A DNA stretch of 52,827 nucleotides from a virus (Duplodnaviria > Caudoviricetes), in IMG/VR virus record IMGVR_UViG_3300027852_000046, positions 1-52,827 of that record; one strand, written 5' to 3'. Below the pieces are notes generated by a model. That model saw only the letters and a program-made list of their open reading frames with translations. It searched no databases and was not told the DNA's origin. The position numbers were made by a program, and so were the translations under genes. Below are positions 22,864-32,171 of the stretch, piece by piece. The first letter of the stretch is position 1. Every line of letters starts with the position of its first letter.

Positions 22864-25049
22864 TGATGAATGACGCTGATACGTTTGAAGATATGTCAGA
22901 AGAGAGGACGCTGGAGGATTCTCAAGCAGTTATAGAGCAGAATAGACTGAATGGATGGCTAGAGCAGTCAAGACATGCCTATCAAGCATCTACTGATTAT
23001 GTCGAAAGCTCCGTTCGCAGACAGTGGGAAACTAACCTATATAACTTTCAAGGTCGACACAAAGACGAGTTAGACCGAAAGAAGAAGATATTCAGGCCAA
23101 AAGTACGCTCATCACTCAGGTCACATGAAGCGGCACTCGCAGCGGCCTTATTCACAAATAACGATGTGGTTAACCTGACCGGTGCAAATCCTAACGACAG
23201 ACTCCAAGAAACATCAGCCAAGCTAAATAAAGAACTACTTCAGCATAGGCTAGACAAAACAGTGCCATGGTTTCAAACTTCATTAGGTGCATATCAAGAT
23301 ACGAACGTGTATGGCGCGTGCATTTCCAAAACATACTGGGAATATGAAACCAAAGAAATCACAGAGATTCAGCCTATTCTCGACGAACAAGGCGATTATA
23401 TCCTTGATGAAGAAGGCAATGCTGAAGCTGAAGAGGTCGTAATAGGAATTGACGTTATTAAGGATGAACCAGTAATTGACTTATTAGCACCTGAAAACTT
23501 CTTATATGATCCAAATGCTGATTGGCGTAATCCAGTTGAAGATAGCCCCTATCTAATCGAAGTCATGCCTATGTTCGCTGGTGATGTGCTAGAGCGCATG
23601 GGTAAAGAAGATGATAAGACAACCGCTCCGACATGGTATGAATACACCTTAGAGCAGATCATATCATCAGCAAGCACGGATGATAATGAGTCGGTAAGAC
23701 AGGCAAGAGAAGGTCAAAGAGCTGACCCAGTTGACATAAACACCAAGAACGAACATCAAACCGTTTGGGTTCACTTTAATATCATTCGTAAAGATGGTTT
23801 GGATATGGCGTTTTACACGCTTGGCACTACATTATTACTAAGCGAGCCAATGCCGCTTGATAATTACTACCGACTAGGCCGTGAGACATACACAGTCGGC
23901 GTATCAATCATTGAGGCACATAAGAACAACCCTCAGTCATTAGCGGAGCTTGGAGAGAATCTACAGCGTGAAGCTAACATCATTGCTAATCAACGCATTG
24001 AGAATGTAAAGCTTGTACTGAACAAGCGATACTTTATTAAGCGGCAAGGTAATGTTGATCTAGGTGCTTTAATGCGTAACGTTGCCGGTGGCGGCGTAAT
24101 GCTCGATGACCCGCAAAACGATGTGAATATAGTCAACACACCCGATATCACTAGCTCAAGCTATGCTGAGCAAGACCGATTGAATATGGATATTGATGAG
24201 ATACTTGGCTCATTCAGTCAATCGACCATCGCGGCTAACAGATCGTTGAATGAGACCGTTGGCGGTATGAATTTAATGGCTACTGCGACAAATACGGTGC
24301 AAGAGTACATGATGCGTACTTTCATCGAAACATGGGTAGAGCCGGTAATGCGAGCTATGTTAAAGCTTGAGCAATTGTATGAGACTGATCTAACGATGAT
24401 CTCACTAGCTGGCGATAAAGCTGGTGTTAGAGATGAATTGATAAGGTTAGCTGGCTCTCAAGAGCAGTTAGACGATTTAATTCAGCAAGACTTAATCTTA
24501 AAAGTTAACGTTGGTATGGGTAATACCAGCCCTGACCAGAAGCTAAAGCGACTAATGATGGCAATTAACACCGTTTCAGGCATGCCAGATGCGGCAGTAA
24601 AAACTGATTGGGACGAAGTAGTTAAGGAAGTTTATGCTTATGCTGGATATGGTGATGGTGAGAGATTTTTGAAAAAAGAAGATCAAGAGCAGCAACCGCC
24701 ACAATTACCTCCTGAAGTACAAATAGAGCAAATGCGTCAAGAGTTCGAGATGCAGAAGTTACAAATGGTTCAGGAGTTCGACGCGCAAAAAGAAAGCCAG
24801 AACGCACAGCTTAAGCAAATGCAAATCGAAGCAGATATGCAAACACAGGTCATGGAAAACAACAGTAAACGTGAATTGGAATTAATAAAACTCGCAGAGA
24901 GTAAAGGTATTAAGTTGGAAGAGCTTAGAGCTAAGGTTCAGATAGAAAGCAGTAAGGATAAGACTAAGCGAGAAGTCGAAGCATTAAAGGCATCAATGTT
25001 TAATAGAGAGCTTGGATTCAAAATGACAAGTAACAGAGACGGAATTTAA
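22863..25049 (+). CDS. Portal protein
   Basis: 728 aa after terL; ENFLYDP and NETVGGM motifs; Gln-rich coiled-coil C-terminus. Confidence 0.85.
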   Translation: MMNDADTFEDMSEERTLEDSQAVIEQNRLNGWLEQSRHAYQASTDYVESSVRRQWETNLYNFQGRHKDELDRKKKIFRPKVRSSLRSHEAALAAALFTNNDVVNLTGANPNDRLQETSAKLNKELLQHRLDKTVPWFQTSLGAYQDTNVYGACISKTYWEYETKEITEIQPILDEQGDYILDEEGNAEAEEVVIGIDVIKDEPVIDLLAPENFLYDPNADWRNPVEDSPYLIEVMPMFAGDVLERMGKEDDKTTAPTWYEYTLEQIISSASTDDNESVRQAREGQRADPVDINTKNEHQTVWVHFNIIRKDGLDMAFYTLGTTLLLSEPMPLDNYYRLGRETYTVGVSIIEAHKNNPQSLAELGENLQREANIIANQRIENVKLVLNKRYFIKRQGNVDLGALMRNVAGGGVMLDDPQNDVNIVNTPDITSSSYAEQDRLNMDIDEILGSFSQSTIAANRSLNETVGGMNLMATATNTVQEYMMRTFIETWVEPVMRAMLKLEQLYETDLTMISLAGDKAGVRDELIRLAGSQEQLDDLIQQDLILKVNVGMGNTSPDQKLKRLMMAINTVSGMPDAAVKTDWDEVVKEVYAYAGYGDGERFLKKEDQEQQPPQLPPEVQIEQMRQEFEMQKLQMVQEFDAQKESQNAQLKQMQIEADMQTQVMENNSKRELELIKLAESKGIKLEELRAKVQIESSKDKTKREVEALKASMFNRELGFKMTSNRDGI

Positions 25050-25062
25050 AAGGAGCAAGGAA

Positions 25063-25296
25063 ATGGCAACAGGTTTATTAGGCGTAACAGAGAATCTAAC
25101 ACCAAGCGACTCAAGCGGTGATGACGTAAGATTTGATTACTTCATGGTGACGGGTGCTACAGGGACAGTAAGAATTATATTGCGTGGTGGTGAAGTTGAT
25201 CTGGTCGATGTTCCAGTGGGTGTTTGGATTCCCATGAGTACAGGCGTACGAATATCAGCAACAGGAACTACCGCAACAGGCTTTATGGGTTACTAG
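25063..25296 (+). CDS. Small probable structural protein
   Basis: AAGGA RBS; beta-rich sequence. Confidence 0.55.
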   Translation: MATGLLGVTENLTPSDSSGDDVRFDYFMVTGATGTVRIILRGGEVDLVDVPVGVWIPMSTGVRISATGTTATGFMGY

Positions 25297-25300
25297 TAAA

Positions 25301-27892
25301 ATGAATATCGCGCAGCAGTTCATCAATATTATGGGCGCTAAGGGAGTTGGCGGCATTGTAGAGCCACCAGTAGCAACAGGAACGTTTAATCTTCTGGATT
25401 CACCAGTTGGCACACTATACAACTACCAAACTTCCTCGTTATTCACAGGCGGCACTCCTGCCTCGTATGAATGGGCAGGGACTCCACCGACTTGGGCAGC
25501 TTTAGACCCACTCACAGGTGAGATTGTTGGTGTCTCTACTGAGGGCACTTGGGCTGGCTATGCAGTGGTAGCTCTTAACTTAGCAGGCAGTGCAACCACC
25601 AATACTGACACAATAACGGTATCTGTATTTGGTAATTATGGCGCAGCGGTAGATGCAGGGCAAGTTGATGATGGTGCTACGTATGCTGGTGAAGTTTACT
25701 ACGTTGATGCGACAGGTGGTGATGATGCGAATGATGGACTAACGCCAGCTACAGCGTGGCAGACGATGATTAAGGCGAACACAAAGCTGCAAGTTGGGTA
25801 TTGGGACACAGTACCGCCCAATAACAACACTATCCCAGCACAACACGAGCCTTGGACAGCAGCACCAAGCGGTTCGGCTATCTTGTTTAAGCGTGGTGAG
25901 ACGTTCGCAGGATCACTATACGTTCACGGTTGGTCAGCTTCCGGTTACAGTGAAAATATAACAATTGGTGCTTACGGTACTGGCGCTAGACCCACTATTA
26001 ATATCAATGATGACGAAGGTGGCAGGTATAGAGGCTCTGGTATTGGCACTAATAAAAATGAAGTGCATATAAAGAACTTGAATATTCAAGGCGATGGTGT
26101 ACTTGTCGGGAATGGTATTGGCTGTAGCGAGGCAATAAATAGCACGATAACAAATACAGTGGTCGGGAATAACTGGTTGGATGGTATTTACGCTGAGCAC
26201 GCAGACGGGCTAGTGGTTGATGGATGTACAATAGTAGACAATCAATTAGCAGGCGGTAATGGTGGCGGTCTTGCTGGTGGTGGTGATGGCTTCTCTATCC
26301 TAAACTCTACCTTTAGGGATAACGGGCGTAACCAGATACACGCTCATAATATCTATGCTAGACATTTAACTAACGCCTCATTCTCAGGTAACTTGCTTGA
26401 GGGGGGTAGTAACATGGGGCTTGTTGTGCATGGGGCTTGTTACAATGTCGATATTATCGGCAACCTGATGACTGGCAACAGTAATGGGCTTAATATTGCT
26501 GGTGGGTACGCTGAAGTAGAGGTATTCGATAACTTTAACGTATCACGCAACATAATCAGAGATAATGGGCTGAGAGCAGGTGAGCAAGGTTACGGCATGA
26601 TACTGTCAAGCATGACAAATTCTATCGTCGCTAATAACCTAGCCTACGGAAACAAATCAAGCACGATGGTGTTCTCCGCCAACGTGACAGGCAACACACC
26701 TTCAGCTAACACCCTAATAAGTAGCAACACCCTTATTGAAACTGTTACTGGGTACGGGTTCACGTTAAACGGCGCAGGAATGTCAGGGATAGTATTGCAG
26801 AATAATATTCTTAGTTCACCTTCATCAAACACGTTGTTCACTAAAGCAAGTGATGTTAATGAGGCGGATTACACGCTCGACAATAACCTTTACTTTGCAC
26901 CTAATGCACCTAACGGCAAGCCGTTTAAATTCAATAATGTTGATTACGACTTAGCAGGTATCAGGTCTAATTTCAATGTGGAAGCTAATGGCATAGTGAG
27001 TGATCCTTTGCTGGATTCAGAATACAAGCTGACATCAGGATCACCAGCAATCGGGGCAGGTGTTCTAAACGCTGTTGTTACTGATTTTGACGGTACAGCA
27101 AGAGCTAATCCTCCTAATATGGGTTGTTTCGCTGGTGGGGCTGCTGTAGCAGGATTCTTAGTAGAGAATTCATCTTACGTTAGTCAGAGCAGTCTTTTTG
27201 TATCTCCTGTGATATACGGTTACCAGTGGTCACCTGACGGCATGTTTGTTTATTGCGCTACAAATACGAGCTTCATACATAAGTACGCTGCAACAGTGGC
27301 GTACGACCCAGAAACCATAAGTAATACACCTGTTGGGAGTATTGATGTAGGGCAGACACACTTTGATGTATGGGTAAGTGATGATGAAACTGCCCTTCAA
27401 TTTATGGGGGTCGACAAGAAAATATACCAGTGGACAATGAGTGTGGCGGGAGATTTAACATCTGCTACAGATGACTTAAGTCCATCTATTGTAGTAGTAC
27501 CCGTATTCTTCTGGGGCTTTGATTGGTCACCTGATGGCTTGAGTCTCTACGTGCCTGATAGATATAACGATTATCTAATTCAGCATACTTGTTCTGTTGC
27601 AAATGACCCATCAACTATCACGGCAACGACTAACGGAGTTGATCTATCAGCAGAGTCGGGTGAGTCTGACGTTATAGAAATTGTTGATGAGAACACGGTT
27701 CTGTTGACATCACGCGGAGCTATATCATCACCAGTATACCAATATTCAATGATAGGCGGTGATGTAACGGCGATGGAGCTTGTTAGCACTTATGCACCAG
27801 CTATCGCAAGTTCTATATACGGGCTTGAAGTAATCGGTAGTGATTGGTACTCGCTGTCTGGTAATAGATTCAATAAATATGAGGTGGTTTAG
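25301..27892 (+). CDS. Right-handed beta-helix protein with Ig-like N-terminus and propeller-like C-terminus
   Basis: YYVDATGGDDANDG..AWQT, ILFKRGETF, Asn ladders, LTSGSPAIGAG and two WSPDG motifs. Confidence 0.7.
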   Translation: MNIAQQFINIMGAKGVGGIVEPPVATGTFNLLDSPVGTLYNYQTSSLFTGGTPASYEWAGTPPTWAALDPLTGEIVGVSTEGTWAGYAVVALNLAGSATTNTDTITVSVFGNYGAAVDAGQVDDGATYAGEVYYVDATGGDDANDGLTPATAWQTMIKANTKLQVGYWDTVPPNNNTIPAQHEPWTAAPSGSAILFKRGETFAGSLYVHGWSASGYSENITIGAYGTGARPTININDDEGGRYRGSGIGTNKNEVHIKNLNIQGDGVLVGNGIGCSEAINSTITNTVVGNNWLDGIYAEHADGLVVDGCTIVDNQLAGGNGGGLAGGGDGFSILNSTFRDNGRNQIHAHNIYARHLTNASFSGNLLEGGSNMGLVVHGACYNVDIIGNLMTGNSNGLNIAGGYAEVEVFDNFNVSRNIIRDNGLRAGEQGYGMILSSMTNSIVANNLAYGNKSSTMVFSANVTGNTPSANTLISSNTLIETVTGYGFTLNGAGMSGIVLQNNILSSPSSNTLFTKASDVNEADYTLDNNLYFAPNAPNGKPFKFNNVDYDLAGIRSNFNVEANGIVSDPLLDSEYKLTSGSPAIGAGVLNAVVTDFDGTARANPPNMGCFAGGAAVAGFLVENSSYVSQSSLFVSPVIYGYQWSPDGMFVYCATNTSFIHKYAATVAYDPETISNTPVGSIDVGQTHFDVWVSDDETALQFMGVDKKIYQWTMSVAGDLTSATDDLSPSIVVVPVFFWGFDWSPDGLSLYVPDRYNDYLIQHTCSVANDPSTITATTNGVDLSAESGESDVIEIVDENTVLLTSRGAISSPVYQYSMIGGDVTAMELVSTYAPAIASSIYGLEVIGSDWYSLSGNRFNKYEVV

Positions 27893-27933
27893 ATGTTATT
27901 AAATAATGTAGCAGCAGGAGATTGGGCTTAACT

Positions 27934-28254
27934 ATGGATAAAACAGAAATAACACCAGAAGATATTACACCTCAGTTCAATAACGAGACTGAAAAGGAAT
28001 TATTCTCACAAGCTCAGGATGGTTTAGCAGCCGACAGTTTTTTGAATAGCGCAACTGGTAGAATGGTTATAGAGAGGTCACAGGAAGAAGTTGATAAGAT
28101 ATCTTTAGAGCTAGTTAGTGCAAAGATTGAGGACGTAACAGAATTGCAGATGAAAGCAAAAATAGCAGTACAAGCATTAGCATGGATAGCAGATGTTGTA
28201 GCGAAAGGCGAAATGGCGCATCAACAACTGAAGGAAATGAACGATGGCAAGTAA
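27934..28254 (+). CDS. Hypothetical head-module protein
   Basis: ORF upstream of the scaffold gene. Confidence 0.6.
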   Translation: MDKTEITPEDITPQFNNETEKELFSQAQDGLAADSFLNSATGRMVIERSQEEVDKISLELVSAKIEDVTELQMKAKIAVQALAWIADVVAKGEMAHQQLKEMNDGK

Positions 28255-28426
28255 CGAAGAAATGCAAGATGTTATTAGTGATTACGGTAATGACTACCTA
28301 GTGATTGATGAGTCAACGCTTGAGAAGATAATTAACTTTTACGCAGAGAAGCATTACGGATCAACAGCGACACAAATCGAAACAAAAGATAACGGTGAAA
28401 TAGTGGTGCAGCTAGAGCCATTATAA
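28244..28426 (+). CDS. Hypothetical protein
   Basis: Overlapping ORF. Confidence 0.55.
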   Translation: MASNEEMQDVISDYGNDYLVIDESTLEKIINFYAEKHYGSTATQIETKDNGEIVVQLEPL

Positions 28427-28471
28427 TTAATTAACTAGCATGCTCACGGACGAGCAATTAAACATAAGGAT

Positions 28472-29575
28472 ATGAAAATGACAAAAGAAGCTATCAAGGA
28501 TGAAGTAATCCAAGACGTTTCTACCGATGCTGAACTGGCTAACGTAGAGACACCTGAAATTGAGGTTGAGCTACAGGAGAAAGAGAAGGTTGAGCCGAAA
28601 TTGTCTGCGCGTGATCGTAAGATGCAGGAAATCGTAGACGCTCAACAAGCCGCGCTAGATGATAATCATGGCGAACCAATAGTAGATCGTGATTTTCAGC
28701 AAGTAGGTAAGCCAGAGGACGAAGAGACACCGGATGCTGATGAACCCATCGAGCCTGAAAAACCAGCATCACCATTCTATCTGAATGATAATGATGAATA
28801 TGTAATGAAGCTGAAGGTGAACGGTCAGGAGATCGAACGTTCAGTAGAACAAATTAAGGTGATTGCTCAAAAGAATGAATCGGCTGATGTAAGACTACAA
28901 TCAGCTAATCAACGTGAGCAGGCGTTACAAGAGTATGAGACAGAGTTACGTGCTAAAGAGCAGCGACTTATGTCTTTACAAATCACTCCCCAGCCATCCA
29001 ATAAACAGGACGCAGGGAGCGAAGATAACTCATTAGCTTTGAAAGAAGTTATTGAGAGTATCTATGACGGTGAGACTGAATCAGCGGTCGAGAAGCTATC
29101 AGAGCTTATGCAAGGGCGGCAAGAGCCTACCCTAGATATGAGTCAGTTAGCATCAATGGCTAAAGAAGAGGCATTAACCGTTATGCGCGAGGAAGCAAGG
29201 CAAAGTGCTTATGCTGAATCGCTGCAAAGAGGTACGGAGTGGATTAACGAACATCATAGCGAAATTATGGATGATCCTACGATGCGTAGCATTGTGGATT
29301 CCCAGACTACCGTTATTATGCGAGAAAACCCACAACTGCCGCCAGAGGAAGTGATTAAACAAGCTACGGAGAAAGTGCTATCGGTAACACGTAAGGAACA
29401 AACAACCGAAAGCAATCGCGCCTTGACTAAATCACAGCTTCAAAGTCATCCAAAGCGACAAGCAAGTAAGCGTTATACCCCACCAAAAGAACCTGTTATT
29501 GATACAAGTCCAGCGGCGGTTATAGCGCGAATAAAGGCGAGTCGTGGAAATATGGCGAAGAGACGTTCTGTTTAA
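28472..29575 (+). CDS. Scaffolding protein
   Basis: Acidic coiled-coil with LKVNGQEIE motif, directly before the capsid gene. Confidence 0.75.
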   Translation: MKMTKEAIKDEVIQDVSTDAELANVETPEIEVELQEKEKVEPKLSARDRKMQEIVDAQQAALDDNHGEPIVDRDFQQVGKPEDEETPDADEPIEPEKPASPFYLNDNDEYVMKLKVNGQEIERSVEQIKVIAQKNESADVRLQSANQREQALQEYETELRAKEQRLMSLQITPQPSNKQDAGSEDNSLALKEVIESIYDGETESAVEKLSELMQGRQEPTLDMSQLASMAKEEALTVMREEARQSAYAESLQRGTEWINEHHSEIMDDPTMRSIVDSQTTVIMRENPQLPPEEVIKQATEKVLSVTRKEQTTESNRALTKSQLQSHPKRQASKRYTPPKEPVIDTSPAAVIARIKASRGNMAKRRSV

Positions 29576-29628
29576 CGGTGTCAGGAAGATACCAACAGAT
29601 ATATTAATTTAATTAAAAGGATTTAATT

Positions 29629-30570
29629 ATGGCTGGACAATTATGGCAAGCAGCGAACGGGTACATGGCTACCCCGACGTTATCAGAGGAGTTGCGAAAT
29701 GATTTGCAACCCGTATCACGGTTCACACAATTTTGTGATGTTGAAGCGGCAATCGGTAAGAACGCAGGCGAGGCTTACACTTGGAATGTTTATAGTGACG
29801 TAGCAGACGAAGCGAGCGACATTGTGGGCTTGAATGAGAACGCTAGGATGCCGGAAGGTAACTTTGATGTAACTCAAGGTTCATTAACTGTTAAAGAATT
29901 TGGTAAAGCTGTTCCTTATTCTGGTTTATTCGATGACCTTTCAGAGCATCCTGTTCGTGAGATTGTTAATAAATCGCTAAAGAACCACGCGGCTCGTACT
30001 TTAGACCGTTTGGCTCATGCAGCGTTCGATTCAACAATTCTTCGTATGACTTCAACATCGGCAACAGCAGCAACGTTGACTGATGACGGTGTTGCTTCAG
30101 GTGTTGCGTCTAACGCACTGACTAAGGCTCATATCCGCGATATCGCTGTGACAATGGAAGAGCGTAATATTCCTACATATGACGGTGAGAACTACATTGC
30201 GATTATGCGCCCCGCTACCTTTGAGCCGGTTGGTTTAGAGCTTGAGTCAATTAATCAGTATGTTGATGCAGGATGGGGTCAGATCATCAATGGCGAGAAA
30301 GGTCGTTACAACGGTATTCGCTTTGTGACTCAAACTAACTCAGCTTCTGAAGGTTGGGCTAATACAGACGCGGCTTATTTTTTCGGTAGTGATACCGTAA
30401 CCGAAGCCGTTGCGTGTCCTTTAGAGCTACGCGGTAAGATTGCAGATGACTATGGTCGCGGTAAAGGTATTGCTTGGTATTATTTAGGAAACTTTGGCAT
30501 TACTCATGCTGACCAAACCAGTGCTGAAACCAGGGCGCAAGCACGTGTCATCAAATGGGATAGCTTGTAA
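29629..30570 (+). CDS. Major capsid protein
   Basis: 313 aa; GEKGRYNGIRFV and DYGRGKGIAWY motifs; strong RBS. Confidence 0.88.
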   Translation: MAGQLWQAANGYMATPTLSEELRNDLQPVSRFTQFCDVEAAIGKNAGEAYTWNVYSDVADEASDIVGLNENARMPEGNFDVTQGSLTVKEFGKAVPYSGLFDDLSEHPVREIVNKSLKNHAARTLDRLAHAAFDSTILRMTSTSATAATLTDDGVASGVASNALTKAHIRDIAVTMEERNIPTYDGENYIAIMRPATFEPVGLELESINQYVDAGWGQIINGEKGRYNGIRFVTQTNSASEGWANTDAAYFFGSDTVTEAVACPLELRGKIADDYGRGKGIAWYYLGNFGITHADQTSAETRAQARVIKWDSL

Positions 30571-30598
30571 GCTAACCTTAACTAAAAAGGAGAAATAT

Positions 30599-30958
30599 AT
30601 GAGTTATTCAACACCAACAACAGCGACTTATAAATTCCCAGCGGCAACTTTATCCGCTGCGGCGATTGTAGGGCGCATTCAAGCACCTTCAGGAATGAAA
30701 GGTCGTGTCGTAGATGTATCTTGCGTAACTACAACTGCTACTACGGTAGCGGCTTGTACGGTTGACGTAGGTACGGCTGGTGATGAGGCCGCTTATGCAA
30801 CTCAAGCAATACCTGTTACAGCTATTAATTTAGGTGTAAACGGTAATACAAGCGTTGCAGGGCATGAAATCCCTGAAGGCACACTGGTTGAAGTATCTGC
30901 AAATGGCGAGTGTACCGCTGGCGCAGGTGACTTAACTGTAATCATTGACTGGTACTAG
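30599..30958 (+). CDS. Capsid decoration/minor structural protein
   Basis: AAGGAG RBS; follows the capsid gene. Confidence 0.6.
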   Translation: MSYSTPTTATYKFPAATLSAAAIVGRIQAPSGMKGRVVDVSCVTTTATTVAACTVDVGTAGDEAAYATQAIPVTAINLGVNGNTSVAGHEIPEGTLVEVSANGECTAGAGDLTVIIDWY

Positions 30959-31110
30959 GAGATAGTTATGAGTTTAGAAGATGGAACATCAAGTAAAGAG
31001 AGCTTCAAAGCTAAAGATCAATCACCCAAGCTAGGCGCTAAAACACAGCGCCCTTTGGATAATGGTCGTATAGGCGGAAAAAGCACGAAAGGCACTAAGA
31101 AGTAGGAGCT

Positions 31111-31140
31111 GAAGGGGTGGCTAATGTCACCCCTTTATCT
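31111..31140 (+). terminator. Probable intrinsic terminator
   Basis: AAGGGGTGGC-TAAT-GTCACCCCTT followed by TATCT. Confidence 0.6.
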
Positions 31141-31293
31141 ACATAGGATTAATTATGAACAAAATACATTTAAGCATGATTGATATGGAAGATTACGATG
31201 ATGGAGAAAGAGAAGTTTCTGTCAAAGATGGTGTATGTAGCCGCCATGTTGTTCAGCCTCACGAAAAGCAACGTAGATTTAGTAAGAAAATAA

Positions 31294-31509
31294 ATGAAAA
31301 CACAAAAGGGAAAGATGATGACTACTCTAAATAAGAATGAAAGCTTTGCTACACATATCGGCACATTAACGAACGGTATTAAATATGAGCAAGGTGGTTA
31401 TGCCTTCAGTCCTTCTGGTGAGTGCTTAGGCGAAATGAAGAGCGGTAAGCTGGTTAAACTTAAAGTAGAACCAAAGCCTAAAGCGGCGACCGAACCAAAG
31501 GTCGGCTAA
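31294..31509 (+). CDS. Hypothetical protein
   Basis: ORF with uncertain start. Confidence 0.55.
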   Translation: MKTQKGKMMTTLNKNESFATHIGTLTNGIKYEQGGYAFSPSGECLGEMKSGKLVKLKVEPKPKAATEPKVG

Positions 31510-32171
31510 TGAACAGGTTGCAGCTCGTTAATGCGCTGAGTGTTGAATCTAGTATCGCTGGTAATGGTGTAACCACAACAACTGAGCAGACAGGCGAGAA
31601 TCAACGGCTTGTTAGTTGGATAGATCAAGCCTATGAAGATGTGCAGAATGAATATTTCGATTGGAATTTTCTACGTGCGAAAGGATCATTTGTAACACAG
31701 ACTAACACTAATATAATCCAGCCGCCTTCTGACCTAAATATATGGGATAAGAAGCGAGTTTACGATGATGGGAGATTAAATATTCAGGTCACTGACTATG
31801 ATGATTGCATGGATTGTGTTGATGAGTCTGTGACCGGTAAGCCTAACGAATTGTTGCTTAATACTGATAATACGTTATTAGCCTACCCTTACCCTGATAA
31901 GGCTTACACTTATACGTTTGACTATTTCAGGCGACCTTACGTGATGACTGCTGATACGGATGAGCCAGCATTTCCTTCACAATTTCACAGGGTTATTATT
32001 GGTCGAGCACTTATTTACTACGGAAATTATGAATCCGCACCGGAAATGATCTCGCAAGGCAGTCAAATTTACACGACAGTTATGCGTGGACTCACTGCCA
32101 GTCAAGCAGGCGGTAAGCGTGGCTATTATGGTTTATCGGATGCTTCTGATATACAGGTGGTCGCTCAATAA
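31509..32171 (+). CDS. Head-tail adaptor / tail tubular protein A-like
   Basis: DWNFLR, YPYPDKAY and EPAFPSQFH motifs; position. Confidence 0.7.
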   Translation: MNRLQLVNALSVESSIAGNGVTTTTEQTGENQRLVSWIDQAYEDVQNEYFDWNFLRAKGSFVTQTNTNIIQPPSDLNIWDKKRVYDDGRLNIQVTDYDDCMDCVDESVTGKPNELLLNTDNTLLAYPYPDKAYTYTFDYFRRPYVMTADTDEPAFPSQFHRVIIGRALIYYGNYESAPEMISQGSQIYTTVMRGLTASQAGGKRGYYGLSDASDIQVVAQ

